From assembly GCA_964390195.1 (NCBI GenBank), contig CAYMHO010000007.1:2565-66564 (forward strand): a DNA stretch of 64,000 nt, read 5' to 3'. Below are positions 24,934 to 33,232 of this stretch, in pieces. Every line of letters begins with the position of its first letter. Position 1 is the first letter of the stretch. The position numbers were made by a program, and so were the translations under genes. Below the pieces are notes generated by a model that saw only the letters and a list, made by a program, of their open reading frames with translations, was not told the DNA's origin and made no database searches. Source of the DNA: an uncultured Fimbriiglobus sp. (GTDB lineage: Bacteria; Planctomycetota; Planctomycetia; Gemmatales; Gemmataceae).

Positions 24934-27537
24934 ATGAAGCCAGACGCCCCCGACCAGACTGTCACCCGATCGCCCGACGACGCCCCGTCCGTTAACTCGT
25001 CCGCCCACTCCACCATCGGGCACGGTCAGCCCACCCAGCCGGTTCCGCTCGAGTTGCCGCGGTTTGCCCCGCCAACCGCGGCCGGCGAACTGGGGCGACT
25101 CGGCAAGTACCGCATCCTGAAGGAACTCGGCCGCGGCGGCATGGGGGCCGTTTACCTCGCCTTCGACGAACGCCTCGAACGGCAGGTCGCGCTCAAAGTG
25201 ATGCTGCCCAAGGCCGCTGCCAACCCGACGGCCAAAGACCGCTTCCTCCGCGAGGCCCGCTCCGCCGCCCGCATCAGCAGCGATTACGTGGTGAACATCC
25301 ACGAGGCGGACGAGATCGACGGCACCCCGTACATCGCACTGCAGTTCCTCCAGGGCTACCCGCTCGACGAGTACCTGAAGAAGAAAGGCAACCCGACCAC
25401 CCCTCAGGCGATCCGCATCGCCCGTGAGACGGCCCTCGGGCTGGCCGCCGCCCACAAGTTGGGTCTCGTTCACCGCGACATCAAGCCGGGCAACATCTGG
25501 CTGGAAGCCCCCGGCGGGCGGGTGAAGGTGCTCGACTTCGGGCTGGCCAAGCCGGTGAACGGGAAGGAGTTCGCCGAGTTAACCGCGTCTGGAGCGGTGG
25601 TCGGCACGCCCAACTACATGGCACCAGAGCAAGGCATGGGCAAGCCGGTCGACGGGCGGGCGGACCTCTTCAGTTTGGGGTGCGTGTTGTACCGACTGGT
25701 CGCCGGCAGGCTGCCGTTCGAGCGGCCGACGCTCATGGCCATCCTGACGGCCATCGCCATCGAAGAGCCGACGCCGGTGCGGGAGGTGAACCCGGCCGTG
25801 CCCGCACCGCTCGCCGACCTGATCCACCGGCTGATGGCGAAGAAGCCCGACCAGCGGCCCGCCTCCGCCAAAGACGTGGCCGACGAACTGACTCGCATCG
25901 CCACCCCGCCCAACCCGGCCGTCAGCCCCGAGGCCCCGACCATGGCCCCACAAGTGGTGTACGTGCCGATCAACGTGAGCGTGCAGGAGCCGAACCCGTT
26001 CGAGCACCTGCACGACTCGTCGACCGAGTACGACCCGCAGACGCCCACCCCGCCGCCGGCGGCGAAGCAGAAGCGCCTGTGGCCGCTGGCGGTGGTCGGG
26101 GTGGGTCTGTTCGCGGTGCTGGCGGTCGCCGGGTTCATCATCATCAAGATCACGAACAAGGACGGTACCGTCACCGAGGTGAAGGTACCGGACGGGGCAA
26201 AGGTGGAGGTGAGCAAGGACGGCAAGCCGGTGGTGACGGTGAACCCGGACGGGAAGGCGACCACCGCGACCACCCCCGGCGCCCCGCCTCCGGTGAAGGC
26301 GCCCGCACCGGCGGCCGCGGGGTTGCCGGCCGGCAAGTCCGGGTTGCGGTTCACAATGGGCGACATGGCGACCGCGACGAAGGTGCCCGTTCGCCCGACG
26401 ACGCTCGTGACCCTCGAGGCGTGGCTCACGTTCGAAGCTGTCCAGGAGTTCGCCGGCCGGGAGTTGATCCGCACCCCCAACGGCAGCATCAACACGAACG
26501 ACGGCCGGCTCGGGTTCTACTCGTTCCACGGTGGTGCCGGCGCGAAAGACCTGATCGCGAACGGGCGGCGGGTCCACGTGGCCGCCGTCAACGACGGCAA
26601 GAAGCGGTACCTGTATTTCGACGGCAAGCGAATCGCCGAGTCCGAAGACGCCGGCATCCCGATCCCGGAGAACGAGCAGGAGGCGCTTGGCGAGAAGTTG
26701 ACCGTGATCGCCCTCGGCTCGGACCTGTTCACCGGCACCATCGACGCCGTGCGGGTGTCCACCACCGCCCGGTACGAGAAGGAGTTTACCCCGCCCGCCG
26801 AGTTCAAGAAGGACAAGGACACGTTCGCCCTGTACCTGTTCGACGAGGGGAAGGGGGACACGCTGAACGACTCGTCCGGCAACGGCTATCACGCCAAGAT
26901 CACCGGCGCGAAGTGGGTGAAAGGGGTGGACGCCGACCTCGACCGCAAGACCGCCGAGTGGGTGCTGTCGGTCGGCGGGAAGTGCTCGTTGCGGGTGAAC
27001 GAAAAGGAAAAGATCTACAGCGGCAAAGACACGCTGCCGACCGGTCCGTGCGAACTGGTGAACGCCGAGATCACCCGCGAACAGGCGTCGGACGAAACCG
27101 CCAGCCGCTTCGTCGGGCTTTCAAAACTGCAGTTACTCTCGCTAGTAGCCGGACCCCTCACCGATACCGGCGTCGCCAAACTCCGCGACCTGCCCGCTCT
27201 GTATTATCTCAACCTCGACAGCACGAAAGTGACTGACGCCGGCCTGCCCGCCCTGAAACAACTGCCGGAACTCAAGATCCTCATCCTGGCGAACACGAAG
27301 GTGACGGACGACGGCCTTGCCGCACTGAAGGTACTGCCCAAGTTGGAAGCAGTGGTTCTGGATCACACCGCCATCACCGACGAGGGCTTGCTGCAGCTGC
27401 GGGCGGCCCCCAGCCTGACCTTGGTGAAAGTGCCTGGCGCAAAGGTGACCGAGGCCGGAGTGAAGAAGCTGGCCGCCGCACTGCCGAAGTGCAAGATCGA
27501 GTACGACGGAGGGGTGATCGAGCCGGCGAAGAAGTAG
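24934..27537 (+). CDS. Ser/Thr protein kinase with TM segment, LamG/concanavalin-like domain and C-terminal leucine-rich repeats
   Basis: GRGGMGAVYLA, VALKVM, HRDIKPGNIW, DFGLAK, APE. TM helix WPLAVVGVGLFAVLAVAGFIII. C-terminal repeats L..L..L.L..TKVTD.GL. Confidence 0.85.
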   Translation: MKPDAPDQTVTRSPDDAPSVNSSAHSTIGHGQPTQPVPLELPRFAPPTAAGELGRLGKYRILKELGRGGMGAVYLAFDERLERQVALKVMLPKAAANPTAKDRFLREARSAARISSDYVVNIHEADEIDGTPYIALQFLQGYPLDEYLKKKGNPTTPQAIRIARETALGLAAAHKLGLVHRDIKPGNIWLEAPGGRVKVLDFGLAKPVNGKEFAELTASGAVVGTPNYMAPEQGMGKPVDGRADLFSLGCVLYRLVAGRLPFERPTLMAILTAIAIEEPTPVREVNPAVPAPLADLIHRLMAKKPDQRPASAKDVADELTRIATPPNPAVSPEAPTMAPQVVYVPINVSVQEPNPFEHLHDSSTEYDPQTPTPPPAAKQKRLWPLAVVGVGLFAVLAVAGFIIIKITNKDGTVTEVKVPDGAKVEVSKDGKPVVTVNPDGKATTATTPGAPPPVKAPAPAAAGLPAGKSGLRFTMGDMATATKVPVRPTTLVTLEAWLTFEAVQEFAGRELIRTPNGSINTNDGRLGFYSFHGGAGAKDLIANGRRVHVAAVNDGKKRYLYFDGKRIAESEDAGIPIPENEQEALGEKLTVIALGSDLFTGTIDAVRVSTTARYEKEFTPPAEFKKDKDTFALYLFDEGKGDTLNDSSGNGYHAKITGAKWVKGVDADLDRKTAEWVLSVGGKCSLRVNEKEKIYSGKDTLPTGPCELVNAEITREQASDETASRFVGLSKLQLLSLVAGPLTDTGVAKLRDLPALYYLNLDSTKVTDAGLPALKQLPELKILILANTKVTDDGLAALKVLPKLEAVVLDHTAITDEGLLQLRAAPSLTLVKVPGAKVTEAGVKKLAAALPKCKIEYDGGVIEPAKK

Positions 27538-27544
27538 CGGCGGG

Positions 27545-28360
27545 CTACTTCTTCGCCTTCACCTTCGGCTTCTCGTCCGTCACGGTGTACGTCAGCGTGT
27601 GCCGGCTGGTGATGTGGATGGTGAACTGGTCCCCCTGGGGGAACTCGTGCTTGCCCGTGAGGGTGAACTCGTCGGTCAGCTTCCGCACCCGCCCGGCCTC
27701 GGCGTCGAACAGCACTGTTCGCTTCCCCTTCTCCCCTTTCATCGTCATGGTGTACCCCTTCCCGCCGGTCCACGTCTGCTCGCTCTCCGCCTCCAGCCGG
27801 ATCAGCCCGTTCACCGGCTCGCCGACCGTGCCGCGGTACGCCCGCTTCGCCACCGCGTCGCTCATGACCGGCCCCTCCTGCTCGTCCGACCACTTCGCCC
27901 CGTAGGCCACGCTCTTCCCCGGCACCGCCCGGAACAGGTCGTTCACCAGGTGCTTGAGCGTGCCCTCTTCGATCAGCTTGCCGGTGCCGTCAGGGCCTGC
28001 CCCATCGGCCTTCGTCACCGTGTGGGCGGCGTCGAGGGTGAGCGTGACTTTCTTGCCGGCCAGTCCCGGCATCTCCTCCATCGCGGCCCCGCCGCCGTCA
28101 CCCCGCTCGGCAGTCAGGAACTCGAACTCGACGGTCGTCTCCTTCTCGCCGACGGCCGCCACCGTCAGTTGGTACACGAACACCATCCGGCTGGTACTCG
28201 TGTTCGGGTCGGCCTGCGGGCCGATCTTCTGGGTGATGGTGACATCATTTTCCCGCGTGACGTAGAAGGTGTCGCCCTTGGCGAACCGCCACTTCAACTC
28301 CGGGGCCAACTTGGGCACCGGGGCGGAGAGGGTGAACGCGGCCAGCAGGGTGGTGAACAT
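27545..28360 (-). CDS. secreted hypothetical protein, tandem paralog A
   Basis: MFTTLLAAFTLSAPVPK leader. Shared motifs LKWRF.KGDTFYV, TLDAAH.VTK and MKGEKGKRTVLFD with B and C. Confidence 0.75.
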   Translation of the reverse strand: MFTTLLAAFTLSAPVPKLAPELKWRFAKGDTFYVTRENDVTITQKIGPQADPNTSTSRMVFVYQLTVAAVGEKETTVEFEFLTAERGDGGGAAMEEMPGLAGKKVTLTLDAAHTVTKADGAGPDGTGKLIEEGTLKHLVNDLFRAVPGKSVAYGAKWSDEQEGPVMSDAVAKRAYRGTVGEPVNGLIRLEAESEQTWTGGKGYTMTMKGEKGKRTVLFDAEAGRVRKLTDEFTLTGKHEFPQGDQFTIHITSRHTLTYTVTDEKPKVKAKK

Positions 28361-28376
28361 CGGCGTGCCTCCGGGA

Positions 28377-29228
28377 TCACTTGTTCGCCTTCGGCTTCTC
28401 GTCGCTCACGGTGATCGTCCCCTTCATCTCCATCGACAAGTTGATCGCCTGCCCGTTTCCGCCGCCGCCGATGGTGCCGTCACCGGACATCGTGTAGGCG
28501 TCCGTCACCTTCGTCACCCGCCCCGCCTTCGAGTCGAACAGCACCGTCCGCTTCCCCTTCTCCCCTTTCATCTTCAGGTTGATCGGGGCGTTCCCGGCGC
28601 ACTCCATGACCCGGTCCGTCTCCACGTCCAGTTTGGTCAGCCCGTCCTCGCTGCCGGCCACCGTCCCCTTGTCGGTGCGGGTCAAGTTGATCCCGGTGCC
28701 CAACGCCTGGGCGTGTTCGGCCGTCCACATCTCACCCTTGCCCAACAGTTTGCCGGGCACCGCCAGCAGCGGGTCGTCGAGCAGGTGTTTGACCCCCTCC
28801 TCGCCTTGCAGGATGCCGTTCAGCCCGCCGCCGCCGAGCGCCTTCGCCACTTCCTCCACCCCGGTCACCTTCGTCACCTTGTGGGCGGCGTCGAGGGTGA
28901 ACGCGAGGGTCTTGCCGGCCAGCCCTTCCGGCTTCACCGGCGGGGCGGCGTTCCCGCCCACCCCGGCCGCGTAGTCGATGAACTCCACCTCCAGTACCGT
29001 CGCCTTCGGGTCGGCATCCTTGACCGTCACCTTGTAGGTGAGCGACGCGGTGCTGGTGTTCTTCTGGGCGGCCGCGTTCCCCCCTCCCAGGTTCACCGAC
29101 ACCGTCGCCTCTTGTTCCGAGACGACGTAGAACGTGTCGCCCTTGTTGAACCGCCACTTCAGTTCGGGGGCGGGGGCCTTGGGCACCGGGGCGGACAGGG
29201 CAGCGGCGACGGCGACGGCGGTGAACAT
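28377..29228 (-). CDS. secreted hypothetical protein, tandem paralog B
   Basis: Start at MFTAVAVAAALSAPVPK. Same conserved blocks as A. Confidence 0.75.
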   Translation of the reverse strand: MFTAVAVAAALSAPVPKAPAPELKWRFNKGDTFYVVSEQEATVSVNLGGGNAAAQKNTSTASLTYKVTVKDADPKATVLEVEFIDYAAGVGGNAAPPVKPEGLAGKTLAFTLDAAHKVTKVTGVEEVAKALGGGGLNGILQGEEGVKHLLDDPLLAVPGKLLGKGEMWTAEHAQALGTGINLTRTDKGTVAGSEDGLTKLDVETDRVMECAGNAPINLKMKGEKGKRTVLFDSKAGRVTKVTDAYTMSGDGTIGGGGNGQAINLSMEMKGTITVSDEKPKANK

Positions 29229-29248
29229 CGGTCGGCTCCTGGGGAGGG

Positions 29249-30076
29249 TCACTTCGCGCCTTTCGGCTTGTCGTCGGTCACCGTCACGCTGGAGAAGGTC
29301 TTCGTCTTCACGGTGAACTTGCGGTCGTCGAACCCTCTCACCCCTTCGCTGGTGTACTCGTCGGTTAGCTTCCTCAGCCGCCCGGCCTTCGGGTCGAACT
29401 CGACCGTCCGCTTCCCCTTCTCGCTGGTCTCGTCGAGGACCGCCGGCCCCTTGCCCGTGGTCCTCCGGTCGCACTCCACGCTCAGTGTGACGCGGCCGTC
29501 GGCGGCGGCGGTCACGGTGCCACGGGCGGTGAGGACGGCCGTCGCGTACCCGCCGAGGGGGTACTCGCTCGCCCCCTCCCACGTGTCGCCCTTCGCCAAC
29601 CGCTTGTTCGGCAGGGCCAGAGTCAGGTCGCTCACCAGCGCCTGGAGGGAGGCGTCGGCCAGTGGTCCGGACCCGAACCCGCCGTCGGCCGTCGCCAGTT
29701 CCTTGTCGCTCTCCACCCGCACGACCGCGAGCGCGCGATCGAGCGTGAAGGCGGCCTTCTTGCCGACCGCCTTGGGGTGGTCGCTCGGTTTCTCCGGGTT
29801 CTTCTTGAACGCGACCCGCCCGGTGGCGAACTCCACCACCTCCATCTCCAGGCTGACGCCCTTATCCCCGGCGGCGGTGACGTTCATCTTGGCGACCAGC
29901 CGGCCTGCCGAGGCGGAACTCGGAACCAACCCCAGCCCGATCGGCTCGGTCAAAGACTCGCACTCGTAAGTGAGGTAGAACGTGTCCCCCTTGGCCAGCC
30001 GCCACGCGACCATCGGGTCGCCGGCCTTGGGCACCGGGGCGGCGAGGGCGGCGGCGACCGCGAGGGCGGTGAACAT
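29249..30076 (-). CDS. secreted hypothetical protein, tandem paralog C
   Basis: Start at MFTALAVAAALAAPVPK. More diverged, but retains KGDTFY, EKGKRTVEFD and the VTD.KPK tail. Confidence 0.75.
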   Translation of the reverse strand: MFTALAVAAALAAPVPKAGDPMVAWRLAKGDTFYLTYECESLTEPIGLGLVPSSASAGRLVAKMNVTAAGDKGVSLEMEVVEFATGRVAFKKNPEKPSDHPKAVGKKAAFTLDRALAVVRVESDKELATADGGFGSGPLADASLQALVSDLTLALPNKRLAKGDTWEGASEYPLGGYATAVLTARGTVTAAADGRVTLSVECDRRTTGKGPAVLDETSEKGKRTVEFDPKAGRLRKLTDEYTSEGVRGFDDRKFTVKTKTFSSVTVTDDKPKGAK

Positions 30077-30243
30077 GGCAGGTCCTCGTGGGCGAACGGG
30101 GGAGACGTGAGTCGCCCGGCCCGTCAACACACCGGCGGACTCACGTCGCGCCGTTCGCCCGCCATGCTACCAGCCCGCCCGCTATACTGATAGTTCCGAC
30201 TCGTCCCGTTACGTTCAGTCCGTTTTTTAGGAGCCGGGGGCAC

Positions 30244-30987
30244 ATGGCCGGACACAGCCATTCGGCGAACATCGCCGTTCGTAAGGGGAAGCAGGACAAG
30301 GCGCGGGCGAAGCTGTTCAGCAAGCTGTCGCGGTACATCATGATCGCGGCGAAGGCCGGCGGGGGCGACCCGGACACCAACCTGCGGTTGCGGTACGCCA
30401 TCGACAAGGCCCGCGGCGTGAGCATGCCGAAGGACAACATCGAGCGGGCGGTGAAGAAGGGGACCGGCGAGTTAGAAGGGGAGACGCTCGACGAGGTGGC
30501 CTACGAGGGGTACGGCCCCGGCGGGGTGGCCATCATGGTGGAGGCCCTGACGGACAACCGCGCGCGGACGAGCGGGGACGTGCGGATCCTGTTCGAGAAG
30601 GCGGGCGGGAACATGGGCCAGCCGGGGTGCGTCGGCTACCTGTTCGACCGCAAGGGGCTGATCCTGATCGACGCCAAGAAGTACCCGGACGAGGACGCGG
30701 TGATGACCGCCGCCCTCGAGGCCGAGGCGGACGACTTCCAGAAGGACGACACCGTCTACGCCGTCACCACCGACCCGACCAAGTTCAACGCCGTGCTCGA
30801 CGCCATCGTCGCCGCCGGGTACGAGACGATCGAGGCCGAGGTGAAGCAGTTGCCGAAGGCGTACGCCGAGGTGGAGGTGGAGATCGGCAAGCGGATCGTC
30901 CGCCTGATGGACGCGCTGGACAACAACGACGACGTGCAGGCGGTGTACACCACCGCGAACATCACGGCGGACATGCAGGCGGAGTAG
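30244..30987 (+). CDS. yebC: YebC/PmpR family DNA-binding transcriptional regulator
   Basis: MAGHSHSANIAVRKGKQDKARAKLFSKL...YEGYGPGGVAIMVEALTDNRARTSGDVR, 247 aa. Confidence 0.9.
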   Translation: MAGHSHSANIAVRKGKQDKARAKLFSKLSRYIMIAAKAGGGDPDTNLRLRYAIDKARGVSMPKDNIERAVKKGTGELEGETLDEVAYEGYGPGGVAIMVEALTDNRARTSGDVRILFEKAGGNMGQPGCVGYLFDRKGLILIDAKKYPDEDAVMTAALEAEADDFQKDDTVYAVTTDPTKFNAVLDAIVAAGYETIEAEVKQLPKAYAEVEVEIGKRIVRLMDALDNNDDVQAVYTTANITADMQAE

Positions 30988-30991
30988 GCGA

Positions 30992-31067
30992 GACACGAGA
31001 CACGAGACGGGGGACGCGGGTTCGGTGGGCGAACCACACTCGCGTCTCCCGTCTCGTGTCTCGTGTC
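30992..31067. repeat. 27-bp-stem intergenic hairpin (GAGACACGAGAC family)
   Basis: Arms 30992-31018 and 31041-31067 are complementary except for one G/T position. The 22-nt loop holds a mini-hairpin ggttcg..cgaacc. Confidence 0.8.
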
Positions 31068-31088
31068 AGTCACCGACCGGACGGCCCC

Positions 31089-31952
31089 ATGAACGAACTC
31101 CTGCACGCGGCCGGGTACGCCGCCCTGGTGTACCTGCTGTTCAACTTCGCCATCAGCTTCGGCAGCGGCCGCCCGCTGACCGACGCCATCAACCCGAACC
31201 GGCGGTTCCTGCCGCTGGCCGCCGTCGGCCTGGTCGGGTCGGCGTACACCCTGCTCCTCCAGGCGGCGTACCACACCGGCCAGACGCAGCTCGACCTGCT
31301 GCACGCGCTCGTCTCCCAGGAGAAGGCGGTGCCGCAGGTGATCGGGGCGGTGTCGTGCGTGGTGTTCGGCGTGGCCCTCCTCCTCCTGTGGGTGTGGTGC
31401 TACTGGAAGCTGCCGCGAGACCCCCGCACCTTCTCCCAGAACCCGAAGGACCTGCTGGCCGAGTACCGGCGGGCGCTCGTCCACTACGTCCGGTGGGAGG
31501 GCGGGCTGGACTTCGCCGTCCTGTGCGAGGTGCGGGACGGGGTGCACACCGTGCTGGCCGAGGGGGCGGCCGACCGGGACATCGCCCGCGGGGTGGCCCG
31601 CCTGCCCATGTACGGGTCCGGGGTGATCCAACTGGACCCGGTGAAGATGGCCGCCGAGCAGAAGGACCGCTGGCGGCTGGAGAGCCGCAAGCTGTTCGAC
31701 CACCTGCCCGCCCTGGACGAACTGGTGCTGCCGGTCCGGCAGGGGAAGAACGTGGGGGTGTGCCTGGACGTGCGGTACGGGGCGGTGTTCGTGGAGGTGC
31801 TCGACCGCCCGGACGAGACGGGGAGCGTGTGGCTGTACCTGTTCGCCGCCAGCCTGAACCAGCACGAGGTGAGCACCCAGACGGCGATGAGGCACTTCGC
31901 CGGGCTGACCCAGGCCGTCCGGCACATCCGCGGCGGGCTGACCAAGGGGTGA
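31089..31952 (+). CDS. membrane protein of unknown function
   Basis: Start at MNELLHAAGYAALVYLLFNFAISF. 3-4 N-terminal TM helices, then a soluble domain. Confidence 0.6.
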   Translation: MNELLHAAGYAALVYLLFNFAISFGSGRPLTDAINPNRRFLPLAAVGLVGSAYTLLLQAAYHTGQTQLDLLHALVSQEKAVPQVIGAVSCVVFGVALLLLWVWCYWKLPRDPRTFSQNPKDLLAEYRRALVHYVRWEGGLDFAVLCEVRDGVHTVLAEGAADRDIARGVARLPMYGSGVIQLDPVKMAAEQKDRWRLESRKLFDHLPALDELVLPVRQGKNVGVCLDVRYGAVFVEVLDRPDETGSVWLYLFAASLNQHEVSTQTAMRHFAGLTQAVRHIRGGLTKG

Positions 31953-32019
31953 GAAGGGACTCCGCACCCTCCGAGTGAGGGGCGACGAGAACCGCACTCG
32001 GTGGGTGCGGAGTCCCTTC

Positions 32020-33165
32020 TCACACGGCCGTCGGTGTCGGTCGCACCGGGGTGTACGCCCCGGCGACGCTGGCACCGGCCGTAAACTCCGGGGTGCCGGG
32101 GGTCAGCCCGAACTTGAAGGTGCTGACCAACTCCTTGCCGTCCGCCCCGCTAAACGCCTTCAGGTGCGGCCCGCCGCCCGGCCCGGCGGCGGTGACGATG
32201 TCGACCTTGGCGTCGTTGTTCAAGTCGACCGCCCCGACCCGCACGCCGCCGCGGAAGTTCGCGTTGTAGGCGTAGAAACTGCGGGCCGGCTGCAACCCGC
32301 CGACCGGGAGCAGGACGGTGGCCAGGTGGCCGAGGACGTACCCGTCGTACGCGGTCACGTGCGGGCCGCCGCCCGCCCCGGCCCCGGTGATGACGTCGTC
32401 GAACCCGTCGCCGGTCAGGTCCCCGGACGCCACGGACACCCCGCCGGTGAAGTTGCCGTACGGGTTGATGGTGAAGAACTCTTCCCCCGTCTTGCCGTTG
32501 AACCCCTTCACCGCCGCCTTCATGCCGGCCCCGGAGCCGACGAGGATGTCGGCGTGCTCGCGGCCGTTGGTGCGGCCCTCCTGCAACTCGCCGGCGGCCA
32601 CGTTCACCCCGCCGGTGAAGGCAGCATCGAACGCGAAGAAGCTGCGGATCTCGGCCCCGGTCTTACCGCTGAACACCTTGACATGCGGGCCGCCGCCGGC
32701 CCCAGCTCCGGTGATGATGTCGGCGTATCCGTCCGCGTCCACGTCCGCCGCGGCCACGTTCACCCCGCCGCCGAACCGCGAGTCGTAGGCGTAGAACGAG
32801 TACAGTTCGGTCAACTGGATCACCACCGCCGAGCTGGGCTGCGACGGGTCGAACAACTTCTCCACCGACTTCCCGTCGAACACTTTGACGTGCGGGCCGC
32901 CACCCGCCCCGGCCGCGGTGATGACGTCCTTCACCCCGTCGTTGTTCACGTCGGCCACGGCCACCTGCACCCCGCCTTTGAACCCCTCGTGGTAGGCCAT
33001 GAACTGGGCGCGGATGGAGCCGTCGGCACGGTACAGTTGCACGAGCGGGGGTGCCCCGGCCCCGGCCCCGCTCGCCATCAGGGCGGGCGTCGGCGCGGGG
33101 GTGGCTGGGGTGAGGCGGTCTTCCAGTCGGGAAACGCTCAACGTGACGGCGGGTTGATCCGGCAT
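32020..33165 (-). CDS. FG-GAP/VCBS repeat protein
   Basis: Repeated D.N.DG..D(I/V)(I/V)TGAGAGGGPHVK(V/A)F motifs. ATG at 33165 is preceded by AAGGAG. Confidence 0.8.
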   Translation of the reverse strand: MPDQPAVTLSVSRLEDRLTPATPAPTPALMASGAGAGAPPLVQLYRADGSIRAQFMAYHEGFKGGVQVAVADVNNDGVKDVITAAGAGGGPHVKVFDGKSVEKLFDPSQPSSAVVIQLTELYSFYAYDSRFGGGVNVAAADVDADGYADIITGAGAGGGPHVKVFSGKTGAEIRSFFAFDAAFTGGVNVAAGELQEGRTNGREHADILVGSGAGMKAAVKGFNGKTGEEFFTINPYGNFTGGVSVASGDLTGDGFDDVITGAGAGGGPHVTAYDGYVLGHLATVLLPVGGLQPARSFYAYNANFRGGVRVGAVDLNNDAKVDIVTAAGPGGGPHLKAFSGADGKELVSTFKFGLTPGTPEFTAGASVAGAYTPVRPTPTAV

Positions 33166-33232
33166 GTGCGGTACGCTCCTTGAATGCTCGACGGGGACGG
33201 CCTGTCCCCGCGGGGTCGGGTTGTCACCCACT

